Positions 26,512 to 36,476 are shown, counted from the stretch's first letter. The stretch is 64,000 nucleotides of DNA from an uncultured Gammaproteobacteria bacterium (GCA_964596525.1 CAZQUL010000001.1:268830-332829); one strand, 5' to 3'. The notes: generated from the sequence alone by a model not told the origin. Numbers and translations are program-made.

Positions 26512-27807
26512 ATGTCCTACACTTTTACGCGCGACCCTGGCTCCGTCATCACCTTCACCATCACCGTTCCTCCGGCCGAATACCAGACCGATCTAGAAAA
26601 AGCCGCCACCCGTATTGCTGAACGTACCACGATTCCGGGTTTTCGCCCGGGTAAGGCCCCGTTTTCGGTCGTGCGCCAGCAGGTTGGTGACATCCGCTTG
26701 CTCGAAGAAGCGCTCCAAACCATCGTTGAAAAAAATTTCTTTTCGGCTGTCAAAACCGAAAATCTCGAAACCGTCGGCATGCCAGAAGTGACCATCCAAA
26801 AAATCGCGCCACGCAACGACGTGGTGTTTACCGCCAAAGTAGCGCTTTTGCCGGGCGTTAAACTCCCCAAACTCGATAGCATCAAAGTAGAGCGCAAAAC
26901 AATTTCGGTTTCTAAAGAAGAAGTCGATGCGGTGGTAGAAAACGTGCGCAAGATGCACGCCAAAGAAGTGGCCAAAGACGGCGCCTCAACCGCAGCCGAC
27001 AAACTTGTCGTCACACTCGACATGTTCATCGACAACGTCGCCATCGAAGGCGGTCATGCTGATAATCACCAGATCTATTTGAGTGAACCGCACTACGTGC
27101 CGGGCCTCGCCGAACAACTCGTCGGCCTCAAAAAAGGCGAACAGAAAGAATTCCGGTTGGCTTTCCCTAAAGACAATTACCAGAAAAATCTGGCCGGCAA
27201 GGATGTGGATTTCAAAGTCAAAGTGAATGATGTTTTTGAACTTCAGTACCCCGAAGTCAACGACGAATTCGCCGAAAAACTCGGCCAGAAAAACCTTACC
27301 GAGCTGCGCGATCTCCTTACCAAAAACATCTCGACCGAAAACGAAAAACGCGAAGATCAGCGCGTTGAAGCCGCCATTCTTGAAGCCATCGTGGAAAAAA
27401 CCACCTTCGATGAAATTCCCGACATTATCATCACCGCCGAAAAACAAAAGATGTTCTATGAACTCAAACGCGATATCGAAGAACGCGGATTGAGCTTTGA
27501 CGAATATCTCGCCAACCTCAAAAAAACGGAACAAGAAATCTTCAATGATTTTAAAGACGGGGCCATGAAACGCGCCAAAGCCGCGCTGATTTCGCGTGCC
27601 ATTGCCAAAGAGCAGAACATCGCGGTCGAACAAGACGAACTCGATAAAGAAATCGAACTCATTCGGCAAAGCTACCCCAACAACCCGCAAGTAGAAGAAA
27701 ATCTCAAACGTCACGAGGTCATCGATACGCTCGCAGCCGCTATTCAGAACCGCAAGGTGATGAGCTACCTCAAAGAAGCCATCCTCGGTACTAAAAAATC
27801 AGCCTAA
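26512..27807 (+). CDS. tig: trigger factor
   Basis: N-terminal ribosome-binding domain (GFRPGKAP), central FKBP-type PPIase domain, C-terminal helical arms. Confidence 0.9.
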   Translation: MSYTFTRDPGSVITFTITVPPAEYQTDLEKAATRIAERTTIPGFRPGKAPFSVVRQQVGDIRLLEEALQTIVEKNFFSAVKTENLETVGMPEVTIQKIAPRNDVVFTAKVALLPGVKLPKLDSIKVERKTISVSKEEVDAVVENVRKMHAKEVAKDGASTAADKLVVTLDMFIDNVAIEGGHADNHQIYLSEPHYVPGLAEQLVGLKKGEQKEFRLAFPKDNYQKNLAGKDVDFKVKVNDVFELQYPEVNDEFAEKLGQKNLTELRDLLTKNISTENEKREDQRVEAAILEAIVEKTTFDEIPDIIITAEKQKMFYELKRDIEERGLSFDEYLANLKKTEQEIFNDFKDGAMKRAKAALISRAIAKEQNIAVEQDELDKEIELIRQSYPNNPQVEENLKRHEVIDTLAAAIQNRKVMSYLKEAILGTKKSA

Positions 27808-27851
27808 CGGCTGGTTTTTTGGCTTCAATAAACCTGATAATCGCGCAAACT

Positions 27852-27870
27852 AAAACGCCCCTCAGGGCGT
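27852..27870 (-). terminator. rho-independent terminator
   Basis: acgccc-ctca-gggcgt hairpin with a T-run on the minus strand. Confidence 0.5.
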
Positions 27871-27895
27871 CGAGTATAAAAGGTTGTTGGGGCGA

Positions 27896-28594
27896 TTACT
27901 TTGCTGGGGTGCAGGGCATCCCGGGCACAGCCTCGTAACGCTCGGCATCCGGTCCGTCAACGGCGAGCGTTACGGCAAAACGCGCATCCTTGCCGATCTC
28001 GTAGATAATCTTGTTCATGATGGTGAGTCCGGGGACCGGGAACCAGGCTTCACAGCGGCGCTCGGGATAGCTGTAATGAAATGTGACCTTCGGAGCCGCC
28101 GAGGGATTATCGATCTGCAGGGCCGTAACCTCACCGGTGGCTTTATTTCGCAGCGGGCACCAGAACTTCTGGTATTCGTACGGCCCGCCGTAGCGGCGCG
28201 TAAGCTCAGCGTGGCAGCCGGACGCCGCAAAGAACGTCCGCTGTTCACAGCGCGCTGTCCGAAAAGCAGTACGGCTGCGCGAGTACTTTTCGACAGTCAC
28301 TGAGCCGTCGGTACGCAGACCCAGTTCGTAAAAAGTGTCTTCACCGCACTGGAGCTCCACGGCGCAACGCCGATTCGCGACGATCTCCTCGCGTATGTTA
28401 CAATCGTAGGGCTCGGCGCGGTCATCGAAAAAGCAGGCGGTCATGCCGCGCGGACCCGGATCCAGCGGACCATCGGTCCAGGATGCGATGGTTTGGGAGC
28501 AGCGCTCTTCATCGAGATACGGTGCTGGCGGCTGGACACCGCACGCACTCAACCCCATAACTCCAAAATAAAGAACAACGATCTTTCGTTTCAT
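27896..28594 (-). CDS. lipoprotein, function unknown
   Basis: AGGAGG RBS. MKRKIVVLYFGVMGLSACG lipobox. Cys-rich. Confidence 0.65.
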   Translation of the reverse strand: MKRKIVVLYFGVMGLSACGVQPPAPYLDEERCSQTIASWTDGPLDPGPRGMTACFFDDRAEPYDCNIREEIVANRRCAVELQCGEDTFYELGLRTDGSVTVEKYSRSRTAFRTARCEQRTFFAASGCHAELTRRYGGPYEYQKFWCPLRNKATGEVTALQIDNPSAAPKVTFHYSYPERRCEAWFPVPGLTIMNKIIYEIGKDARFAVTLAVDGPDAERYEAVPGMPCTPAK

Positions 28595-28680
28595 GTCGGT
28601 TCCTCCTGGCACATGGGCCGCGCGGATTTTATCAAAATTTTATCTCGAAATCAAGCCTTTTGTGGGATTGTAAAAACCCA

Positions 28681-28786
28681 TCATTGCGAGGAGGTACGAC
28701 GAAGCAATCCCTCGGTAATTCAGAGCTCACTCTTCTATCAAGGAGATTGCTTCGTCGCTCGTCTAACTCGCTCCTCGCAATGACGA
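28681..28786 (+). repeat. ~105-bp palindromic intergenic repeat, copy A
   Basis: Outer arms tcattgcgaggag / ctcctcgcaatga; inner arms cgacgaagcaatccc / ggagattgcttcgtcg. Similar to 36373..36476 (inverted) and 37965..38073. Confidence 0.75.
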
Positions 28787-28823
28787 TATTTCTGCTTACT
28801 TATAAGTTTTACCAGCATTATCT

Positions 28824-29663
28824 ATGCTCTTCGGCGCTCATGTTTCCATTGCCGGCGGCCTTCCGAACGCTCCTCTCAACGCGGCCAAAATCGGCTGCGA
28901 AGTATTCCAAATGTTCACGCGCTCGCCCCAGGGCGGACCAGTCAAACCGATCGATGCCACGACAGCCGAGCAGTTCAAAGCGCTCTGCACCGAACATGGA
29001 TTTAAGGAATGGTACGTGCACGCACCCTACATCATCAATTTCGCCTCCGCCAATCCGCGCACGCGTCACGGTTCGATTTCAATTGTCCGCGGCGAACTGG
29101 AACGCTCCTCGCTGATCGGCGCAAAATACGTTATGTTCCATATCGGCAGCTACAAAGATCTTGGCGAAAATGAAGGTTTTGAAACGGTCGTGAACGGCAT
29201 CGCCGATGTGCTCGATGGCTACAATGGCTCAACCCAGCTTCTTATCGAGAATTCGGCCGGCGCCGGCGAGGTGGTCGGCGATACGTTCGAAGAAATCGCG
29301 GAAATTATGGATCACCCGAAACTGAAAAAATACGACATCGGCGTGTGTCTTGATACCGAACATGCCTTTGCAAGCGGATATGATTTACGTACCGCAGCCG
29401 ACGTCAAAAAAACATTCGATGCTTTCGACAAAACGATCGGCTTAAAACGCCTCAAGATGTTCCATTGCAACGATTCTAAAATCGAGCTCGGTGGCAAAAA
29501 AGACCGCCACGAACACATCGGCGACGGATTCATCGGGGTTGAAGGGTTCAAAGCCATATTCGCTGATAAACGATTGAAAGATTTCTCGTTCATCGCCGAA
29601 ACCGAACACGATAAGATTGTCGAAGATTTGGCACTCCTCAAAAAATTGCGGGAAACAAAATGA
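28824..29663 (+). CDS. nfo: deoxyribonuclease IV (endonuclease IV, AP endonuclease)
   Basis: TIM-barrel xylose-isomerase-like fold. MLFGAHVSIAGG start, with HAPYIINFAS, CLDTEHAF and His/Asp zinc ligands. Confidence 0.85.
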   Translation: MLFGAHVSIAGGLPNAPLNAAKIGCEVFQMFTRSPQGGPVKPIDATTAEQFKALCTEHGFKEWYVHAPYIINFASANPRTRHGSISIVRGELERSSLIGAKYVMFHIGSYKDLGENEGFETVVNGIADVLDGYNGSTQLLIENSAGAGEVVGDTFEEIAEIMDHPKLKKYDIGVCLDTEHAFASGYDLRTAADVKKTFDAFDKTIGLKRLKMFHCNDSKIELGGKKDRHEHIGDGFIGVEGFKAIFADKRLKDFSFIAETEHDKIVEDLALLKKLRETK

Positions 29664-29692
29664 CCTTCCTGCCTGGAAGGTCGATTGCTGCG

Positions 29693-29974
29693 CTACAGAG
29701 CGAGTACGGCCCGCATAATGCCGTAGATGGCGATGAGGGCCCACACGGTATTGAGCGCCACCGGCTGCCAGTTGCGCTTGGGGTAACTCGTTGCCACAAT
29801 GCCCAACGCGCCAAAAAAATTGAGCAGTCCGTACGCCAACGATGTGACCGGTAAAAGTCCGGTGGTGTTGGCAAAGTACGCCCCGATGATGAGTGCTACA
29901 GCTATCCATCCGGCCGTATCGAGCCAAAAATACTTTTTACGCTGCGCTTCATTCGATTCTGCTGTTTCTTCCAT
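29693..29974 (-). CDS. small membrane protein, function unknown
   Basis: 93 aa with three hydrophobic helices. Confidence 0.45.
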   Translation of the reverse strand: MEETAESNEAQRKKYFWLDTAGWIAVALIIGAYFANTTGLLPVTSLAYGLLNFFGALGIVATSYPKRNWQPVALNTVWALIAIYGIMRAVLAL

Positions 29975-30021
29975 GAAACTCTCCTAAACCAGTTCTTTTC
30001 TTCCTCGCCTAGTATATAGAT

Positions 30022-30246
30022 TTGGCTATGCTCATCAAGATCCGACTTATCCCCGGCGCGCATGAAAACGCGGTCACACCCCAAGCTGATGGCAGCCTCG
30101 TGGTACACACTCGCGCCCGACCGATCGAAAACGCCGCCAACACCGCCCTCACCCAGCTTCTCTGCGAATATTACGACATTCCCAAAAGCCGCATCACTCT
30201 GCGTCGCGGAGCACGTAGTCGGTATAAAGTAGTGGAAATACTTTAA
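30022..30246 (+). CDS. DUF167 (YggU-like) family protein
   Basis: LIKIRLIPGAHENAV...RPIENAANTALTQLL...SRYKVVEI resembles YggU. Confidence 0.6.
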   Translation: MAMLIKIRLIPGAHENAVTPQADGSLVVHTRARPIENAANTALTQLLCEYYDIPKSRITLRRGARSRYKVVEIL

Positions 30247-30306
30247 AATCTAAAAAATTAAAACCGCTCAATCCACAATAGATCAAGCGGCAGATTACCT
30301 GCTGGT

Positions 30307-30522
30307 TCAGCCGTGCATCAAGGTTTCCCCCTGTATCGTAAGGTAGGCATCGTAGAAATCTCCACCATCAAGCCCGACTGATAGCCGGGTTTCATCTTCA
30401 AAAATGAGCTCGATCCCCCACTCCTCAAGAGTAATGTTTTTTAACTTCTTGCCGGAAAAATCGCCGACGAGCTTATCAGCGAGCTGCTTGCGCGCAACCT
30501 CCCATTCTTGCGTCATGGACAC
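30307..30522 (-). CDS. small hypothetical protein (71 aa)
   Basis: AAGGAGG RBS 6 nt upstream of the ATG. Confidence 0.5.
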   Translation of the reverse strand: MSMTQEWEVARKQLADKLVGDFSGKKLKNITLEEWGIELIFEDETRLSVGLDGGDFYDAYLTIQGETLMHG

Positions 30523-30629
30523 CTCCTTTATCAGGGATAACTGCTAATTTTAGCGAATAAACATACTAAAATCAAGCTTTTAATTAAACTAAAAAAGCCA
30601 CTGGTGGCTTCTACGATTTTATTACATCG

Positions 30630-30714
30630 TGCCCAGAGAGAGAATCGAACTCTCATGACCGTGAGGTCGCGGGATTTTGAGTCCCGTGCGTCTACCAATT
30701 CCGCCATCTGGGCC
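30630..30714 (-). tRNA. tRNA-Leu (anticodon CAA)
   Basis: Class-II cloverleaf: acceptor GCCCAGA/TCTGGGC, D-arm GCG..CGC, anticodon loop CUCAAAA, long variable arm CGACC-TCAC-GGTCA, T-arm GAGAG-TTCGATT-CTCTC, discriminator A. CCA is not encoded. Confidence 0.85.
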
Positions 30715-30791
30715 TAAAAGTTTGGGAGAAACTTCTAGCATTCTAGCCAACCGTTGGTGGTCTGTCAATTGTGTGCTAAAATGAACCTGCT

Positions 30792-31574
30792 ATGATTATC
30801 ACGGTCGTCAACCAAAAAGGCGGGGTCGGCAAAACCACTACCGCTGTTTCGCTCGCTGCCGGATTAGCCGAATCAGGCAAATTTGTCCTACTCGTTGATC
30901 TGGATCCGCAGGGCAACGCCACCTCTGGCCTTGGCCTTGCACCCGATGGAACCGGGCTCTACCACGCGCTTGTCGGCCTCTCTCCGCTTTCAACCACGGT
31001 GCTCAACACGCGCCATGATGGCCTGCGCGTTGTCCCGGCCACGCCCGATTTGGCCGGCGCCAACGTAGAACTCGTGAGCGTCGAGGGTCGCGAAAAAAAG
31101 CTCGCCGACGTACTCACCGAAGTGCGTCATGCCTACGACTACATCATCATCGACTGCCCACCGTCTTTGGGCATTCTTACTCTCAACGGCCTCATCGCCG
31201 CCGACCATCTTCTCATTCCAGTCCAGGCCGAATATTATGCACTCGAAGGCTTGGGTCAGCTTTTAAAAACCATTGAGATGGTCAAGCAGGTTAAACCGAC
31301 TCTTTCGCTTCTTGGCGCCGTCATCACCATGTTCGACGGCCGCAACCGCTTGTCCGAAGAAGTGCTCAACGAACTCAACACGCACTTTCCGAGCAAGATT
31401 TTCAAATCCATCATCCCCCGTACCGTGCGTCTCGCTGAAGCGCCCAGTTTTGGTAAAAGCATTTTTGAGTATGAACCCAACGGCAAAGGCGCCCGCGCTT
31501 ACCGCAGCCTGGTCGAAGAACTTTTGGCGCACGAGCAAGAACAGCAACAATCAGAACCTTCCCATTCCTCCTAA
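30792..31574 (+). CDS. parA: chromosome-partitioning ATPase ParA/Soj
   Basis: Deviant Walker A KGGVGKTT. Typical ParA length; sits upstream of parB. Confidence 0.9.
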   Translation: MIITVVNQKGGVGKTTTAVSLAAGLAESGKFVLLVDLDPQGNATSGLGLAPDGTGLYHALVGLSPLSTTVLNTRHDGLRVVPATPDLAGANVELVSVEGREKKLADVLTEVRHAYDYIIIDCPPSLGILTLNGLIAADHLLIPVQAEYYALEGLGQLLKTIEMVKQVKPTLSLLGAVITMFDGRNRLSEEVLNELNTHFPSKIFKSIIPRTVRLAEAPSFGKSIFEYEPNGKGARAYRSLVEELLAHEQEQQQSEPSHSS

Positions 31575-31616
31575 AATTAGCCTTTCTCGAGGTGTTTTAT
31601 TTATTTATCTCAGCAT

Positions 31617-32468
31617 ATGTCACTCGGCCGCGGTCTTGGCGCCCTCATCTCCACTCCGCCCCCTGTTCCTCCTGCTTCTCCCAAACCGGTGAGCGAACCG
31701 CCGCCCGCGGGCACGCGCGTGCTCGATATTCCGTTATCTCTTTTACACGCCAACCCCGAACAGCCGCGCCAGCATTTCGATCCAGTCGCCCTCGAAGAAC
31801 TAGCCGCTTCTCTCAAGGAACACGGCGTGTTGGAGCCGCTTCTCGTTAACGAAACCAAAAACGGCACGTACGAAATCATCGCCGGTGAACGCCGTTTCCG
31901 CGCGGCCAAGCTCGCCGGACTCACGACCGTTCCCGCGCTTGTCAAAAACGTCGCTCATGACCAGAAGCTGGCTATCGCCATCATCGAAAACGTGCAACGC
32001 CAAGACCTTAACCCCATCGAAGAAGCGTTTGCCTACCAACGCCTGATCGACGAATTCGATCTAACCCAAGAGCAGATCGCCAAGAAAGTGGGCAAAAGCC
32101 GCCCGGTCATTGCCAACACGCTGCGTTTGCTCGCGCTTCCCAAACCCATCCAGGCCGCACTCATCGAAAAAACCATTTCCATGAGCCAAGCGCGCACGCT
32201 TCTTGCCCTCAAAACCGAAACCGAACAGCTCGACATGCTCGCCTCGCTCCTTGGCAAAAAAATCACGGTGCGTGAACTGGAGCGTGAAGTAAGCAAGGGC
32301 AAACCTACGCCAGCTGCCAACCCAGCGATCCGCTACCTCGAAGACGAGCTACGCGCCAAGCTCGGTGCTAAAGTGCGCATCAACGCACAGGGCGGCATCG
32401 GCACGATTACGGTTTCGTTTTTTTCGGATGAAGAACTTGGTGATTTGGTGAAAAAGATTGTTGAATAA
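31617..32468 (+). CDS. parB: chromosome-partitioning protein ParB/Spo0J
   Basis: ParB-box GERRFRAA, HTH and a C-terminal dimerisation domain. Confidence 0.9.
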   Translation: MSLGRGLGALISTPPPVPPASPKPVSEPPPAGTRVLDIPLSLLHANPEQPRQHFDPVALEELAASLKEHGVLEPLLVNETKNGTYEIIAGERRFRAAKLAGLTTVPALVKNVAHDQKLAIAIIENVQRQDLNPIEEAFAYQRLIDEFDLTQEQIAKKVGKSRPVIANTLRLLALPKPIQAALIEKTISMSQARTLLALKTETEQLDMLASLLGKKITVRELEREVSKGKPTPAANPAIRYLEDELRAKLGAKVRINAQGGIGTITVSFFSDEELGDLVKKIVE

Positions 32469-32586
32469 ACGCTTTTTAAACCTTCAGTATTGACGCAAGG
32501 GGGTTTTTTTATTAGTATGTACTGTCGGAGAAGTCTCGTCTCTTCTCGACCAAAAGATCAACAAGACGAAGAAGGAGCTCTTTATA

Positions 32587-33216
32587 ATGACGCGGCACAA
32601 ACATGAACGCTTAGCGCTTTCGCACGAAATAGTAAAAAAGACTCTTCTCATTCTTCCACGTGATGAATACACCCCCAGTAATTTACATCATTATCTGCAG
32701 CGACTCGTCGAGCGTGGTTTCACCCTCGAAGAAAGTGATTCTACATTTTTCTTCCCCGTGCACCGGTTCGAAATTACTGATCGGTGCGTAGTGGCGGATT
32801 CGTTTGCTTTTCTCCTGCAGCATCAGACCAAAGGCGGGACGAGGATTCTCGACATAGTGAGCATACGTGACTTCGGGCTTCCACCCTACCGGGATCGCAG
32901 GCAATTCAACCCCTCCCGCCTTCTCATCACCGAACACGCGAAGCAGCGCTTTGCCGAGCGGCACCTTAACGAGGTCTTTAACTTCCCCAACAGCGTTCCG
33001 GATTCCGTCCGCCTCTGGTACATGCTCACGCAAAGCGCTACGGAAGAACTACCATCACTCACTGCCACCCTTCGTTCGCTACGGCATGATGAAGAGCCTA
33101 CGCGTTACTACCGAGTTCTGTACCCTACTAACGCCCGAAGTCGTTATCGCTTCGTGTTTGGGCCGCGTGAGAACGGTCGATTTCCGTTAAAAACCTTCGA
33201 GACCACCACCCGATAA
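32587..33216 (+). CDS. hypothetical protein between parB and dnaA
   Basis: 209 aa with no recognisable domain; followed by a terminator. Confidence 0.5.
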   Translation: MTRHKHERLALSHEIVKKTLLILPRDEYTPSNLHHYLQRLVERGFTLEESDSTFFFPVHRFEITDRCVVADSFAFLLQHQTKGGTRILDIVSIRDFGLPPYRDRRQFNPSRLLITEHAKQRFAERHLNEVFNFPNSVPDSVRLWYMLTQSATEELPSLTATLRSLRHDEEPTRYYRVLYPTNARSRYRFVFGPRENGRFPLKTFETTTR

Positions 33217-33217
33217 C

Positions 33218-33240
33218 GACCCCGTCCCCACGGGGTTTTT
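33218..33240 (+). terminator. rho-independent terminator
   Basis: ccccg-tcccca-cgggg hairpin followed by ttttt. Confidence 0.65.
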
Positions 33241-33244
33241 CCAT

Positions 33245-33288
33245 ACTTATCCACCTATTACCTGACTTATCCACAGGTTTATCCACAT
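33245..33288 (+). promoter_or_regulatory. three DnaA boxes upstream of dnaA
   Basis: cTTATCCACc, cTTATCCACAg and tTTATCCACAt within 44 bp, about 115 nt upstream of the dnaA ATG. Confidence 0.7.
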
Positions 33289-33401
33289 ATACCTGTCAAG
33301 CCCTAGAAATACGGAAAAAGCCCTCTTTTATCTTACAAACAAGTTGCGTATACTAGGCCTATCCACACCACGCACGCTTACTTGTCCACACTTTTTCCCC
33401 T

Positions 33402-34859
33402 ATGCTGACGAACCACGAAATCTGGCAGGCTGTTCTCGCCGAGCTTGAGCTCTCTATCTCGAAAGCCAACTTCAACACCTGGCTCAAGTCGACCGGCATC
33501 CTGTCGCTCCAAGACGGACAAGCAATCATTTGCGTGCCGAGCGCTTTTGCCAAAAGCTGGGTCGAGAACAAATACCACAAAACCGTCGTGCAATCCCTCG
33601 AACGCGTTACCGAGAAACCTATCCGCCGCGTAGAATACCGCGTCGGTAACTTTAAAGTCTTGAGCCAGCAGGCTGCCGCCACACCAACCCAACCATCGCC
33701 CACGCTCGAGTTCGGCGCCGCTACCATCGAAGAACCATCCTATATAGAAACGCCCGACCATACTCCCTCTTCGGATCCCTTCTCTCCCCCACCGCCCGAA
33801 CCGACGCCCACCACCACCTCGGGCAGCTTTGTCCTCAATCCCAAATATACCTTTGATACCTTTGTCGTAGGTAAAAGCAGCGAACTTGCCTACGCGGCCG
33901 CGCAAGCGGTAGTATCGCGCCCGGGCGTATCGTACAACCCGCTTTTCATCTACGGCGGCGTGGGTTTGGGCAAAACCCACCTTATCCAAGCCATCGGCAA
34001 TGAGCTCATGAAGCGCAAACCCGACATTGCCATCATGTACGTGAGCGCCGAAAAATTCTCCAACGATTTCATCGGTTCGGTAAAAGAAGGTACGGCCAAA
34101 CAGTTCCAGGACAAATACCGCCACATCGATCTTCTTCTCATCGACGATATCCAATTCATCGCCGGCAAAGATCGCACGCAGGAATCGTTTTTCCACACCT
34201 TCAACGAACTACACCAACAAAACAAGCAAGTTGTCCTCACCTCAGATCGTCCGCCCAAGGCCATTCCCGCGCTCGAAGACCGTCTCAAATCACGCTTCGG
34301 CTGGGGCATGATCGCGGACATCGCGCCACCGGATTTTGAAACCCGTACCGCCATCCTCGAGAAAAAATGCGCGGAGAAGAACTACCATCTCGATACACTG
34401 CTTTTGCAGGCCATTGCCTCGGCCGTGCAGAGTAACATCCGCGAACTTGAAGGCGCGCTCAACAAGGTCATCGTCTACCACGATCTCAAAAACACCGAAC
34501 CGACCGCGGAATCCATTAAAGCGCTTCTTTTGGGCAGCGCCGAAACCGGCGGCGGCAAAACTACTATCACAGCCGCACAAGTCATCGAGACCGTGGTGCA
34601 GATGTACAACCTCACGATTGATGAAATCGTCGGTAAAAGCCGCGAAAAAAAGATCTCCTTTCCCCGTCAGATCATCATGTACCTCTTGCGCCAAGAGCTT
34701 GGCATGTCATTCCCTTCGATCGGGAGCGAACTCGGCGGCCGCGACCATACGACCGCTATTCACGCCTATGAGAAGATCGCCGGCGAAGTGGAGCAAGACC
34801 CCAAACTCAAACAGGAAATCGATTCAATCAAACAACGGCTCTTTATCAATAATATTTAG
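33402..34859 (+). CDS. dnaA: chromosomal replication initiator protein DnaA
   Basis: N-terminal domain I, AAA+ domain (GGVGLGKTHL, Walker B LLIDDIQF) and C-terminal DnaA-box-binding domain. Confidence 0.95.
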   Translation: MLTNHEIWQAVLAELELSISKANFNTWLKSTGILSLQDGQAIICVPSAFAKSWVENKYHKTVVQSLERVTEKPIRRVEYRVGNFKVLSQQAAATPTQPSPTLEFGAATIEEPSYIETPDHTPSSDPFSPPPPEPTPTTTSGSFVLNPKYTFDTFVVGKSSELAYAAAQAVVSRPGVSYNPLFIYGGVGLGKTHLIQAIGNELMKRKPDIAIMYVSAEKFSNDFIGSVKEGTAKQFQDKYRHIDLLLIDDIQFIAGKDRTQESFFHTFNELHQQNKQVVLTSDRPPKAIPALEDRLKSRFGWGMIADIAPPDFETRTAILEKKCAEKNYHLDTLLLQAIASAVQSNIRELEGALNKVIVYHDLKNTEPTAESIKALLLGSAETGGGKTTITAAQVIETVVQMYNLTIDEIVGKSREKKISFPRQIIMYLLRQELGMSFPSIGSELGGRDHTTAIHAYEKIAGEVEQDPKLKQEIDSIKQRLFINNI

Positions 34860-34870
34860 GAAGTGATTTC

Positions 34871-34888
34871 GTAGGACGTAGGGAGTAG
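34871..34888 (+). repeat. solo copy of the CGTAGG..GTAGGGAGTAG motif
   Basis: cgtaggacgtagggagtag lies immediately 3' of the dnaA stop. Confidence 0.45.
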
Positions 34889-34911
34889 ACAAGGAAGGAC
34901 TGTTAATAATG

Positions 34912-35178
34912 GGTGGATAACCTGAGGACAACCGTCAATCCGGATGGGATAACTCGGTGCACAACAAGGAGCTCCATCCCCACCTTATCCCCGCTCCCCC
35001 ACCCCGCTTCTTCTTTTATCCCCGCACGGTAAAATCCATCCCCGTTCTGTCCCCGGCTCTTGGGGATAAAATAGTGCCATTCTTTGGCTAAAGGATAACA
35101 ATGTTCGTAACTATCCCCGGCGTCCACACCCCTTATTAGTATTATTATCTCTTTATATATAGATAATTAAATAACCCC
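34912..35178 (+). promoter_or_regulatory. putative oriC: DnaA-box cluster plus AT-rich unwinding element between dnaA and dnaN
   Basis: gGTGGATAAc, TGGGATAAC, TTATCCCCG (two copies), GGGGATAAA, AGGATAACA and CTATCCCCG, followed by ttattagtattattatctctttatatatagataattaaataa. Confidence 0.65.
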
Positions 35179-35182
35179 TGAT

Positions 35183-36301
35183 ATGAAATTTTCTTGCACG
35201 CACGATAATCTGCAAAGTGCCTTGGGAGTGGTTGCCGGTGTTGCGGGTAAGCATATCAATTTGCCAATTTTGGGAAACGTACTTCTCCGTGTCGATGCAC
35301 AGAAGGTGTCACTTACGGCAACAAATTTAGAAATAGCGCTTTCCACGTCGTTTCGTGCCAAAGTAGATGCGCCAGGAACCTTTACCGTACCAGCCAAGAC
35401 GTTTACCGAAACCGTAGGCTTTTTGACTGATGGCCCCGTAACCATTGAACTCGATGGCAGTGAACTGGTTATTCAGGCCGGAAAAACACGCACCAAACTC
35501 AAGGGTACGAGCGCTGAAGAGTTCCCGATTATCCCTGAATTACAAACCGGACGAAAACTTACGGTTCCCAAAGAACTTCTCAAAGATGCGTTTACTCGCG
35601 TATTGCCAGCGGTCGCGCGTACCGAAATCCGTCCGGAACTCTCCGGCGTATACTTTGGCGTCGGCGTACACGAGCGCAAAGGCATTACGCTTGCGGCAAC
35701 CGACAGCTTCCGTTTGGCGGAGCGTGTTATCCCACTCAACCTCCCCGAAGGTGAGGTGCCTTGGAGTGTTATAGTGCCGGGTAAAACCGCCCAAGAAGTG
35801 ACGCGGCTTTTGAGCGCGAGCGAAGGTGAAAGCGCTGAACTCACCTTAACCGAAACCCAGCTTGCGGTCGTGGTGGGTGAAACCGTGCTTATTTCACGCT
35901 TGGTAGAAGGCTCGTACCCCGATTATACGCAAATTATTCCTCGCCAGTTTTCAACCACGGTCACCTGCGCGGCTGATGCGCTCGGCAAAGAAGTGAAAGC
36001 TGCTGGCATCTTTACTACTTCAGGCATCAATGCGGTCGAAGTTACCTTCGCACCAGGGACGGGGGTGATGCAATTCGCTTCGGCCTCCACACAGGCTGGT
36101 GAATACCGCTCGGAATTGCCTGTAGAAGGCACGGGCGTCGACGTAAAAGTACTTTTGAGTCATCGCTACCTGCTTGATGGCCTCAGCGCGCTCCGGTCGC
36201 CTCGGGCGCAGTTTTCGGTGGTCAATGCCGATAGCCCGTGCGTGCTCTCGTCTCCTGAGGGTGATGGATTCCTCTACATCATCATGCCGATCCGACAGTA
36301 A
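35183..36301 (+). CDS. dnaN: DNA polymerase III beta sliding clamp
   Basis: 372 aa. Three-domain clamp pattern. MKFSCTHDNLQSALGVVAGVAGKHINLPILGNVLL start. Confidence 0.9.
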   Translation: MKFSCTHDNLQSALGVVAGVAGKHINLPILGNVLLRVDAQKVSLTATNLEIALSTSFRAKVDAPGTFTVPAKTFTETVGFLTDGPVTIELDGSELVIQAGKTRTKLKGTSAEEFPIIPELQTGRKLTVPKELLKDAFTRVLPAVARTEIRPELSGVYFGVGVHERKGITLAATDSFRLAERVIPLNLPEGEVPWSVIVPGKTAQEVTRLLSASEGESAELTLTETQLAVVVGETVLISRLVEGSYPDYTQIIPRQFSTTVTCAADALGKEVKAAGIFTTSGINAVEVTFAPGTGVMQFASASTQAGEYRSELPVEGTGVDVKVLLSHRYLLDGLSALRSPRAQFSVVNADSPCVLSSPEGDGFLYIIMPIRQ

Positions 36302-36372
36302 AATCGCTAGATTTAAAGAAAGAAAAGAAAAAAGCGTTGTTTTCTACAACGCTTTTTTGTATCTGGATTTAT

Positions 36373-36476
36373 CGTCATTGCAAGGAAGGAGTTAGACGGC
36401 GGACGAAGCAATCCCTATGTAGTTTAGAGCTCACTCCGCTATCAAGGGGATTGCTTCGCTATGCTCGCAATGACGA
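36373..36476 (-). repeat. ~105-bp palindromic repeat, copy B (inverted relative to copies A and C)
   Basis: cgtcattgcaaggaaggagttagacggcggacgaagcaatccc...ggggattgcttcgctatgctcgcaatgacg. gagttagac here is the reverse complement of gtctaactc in copies A and C. Confidence 0.75.
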
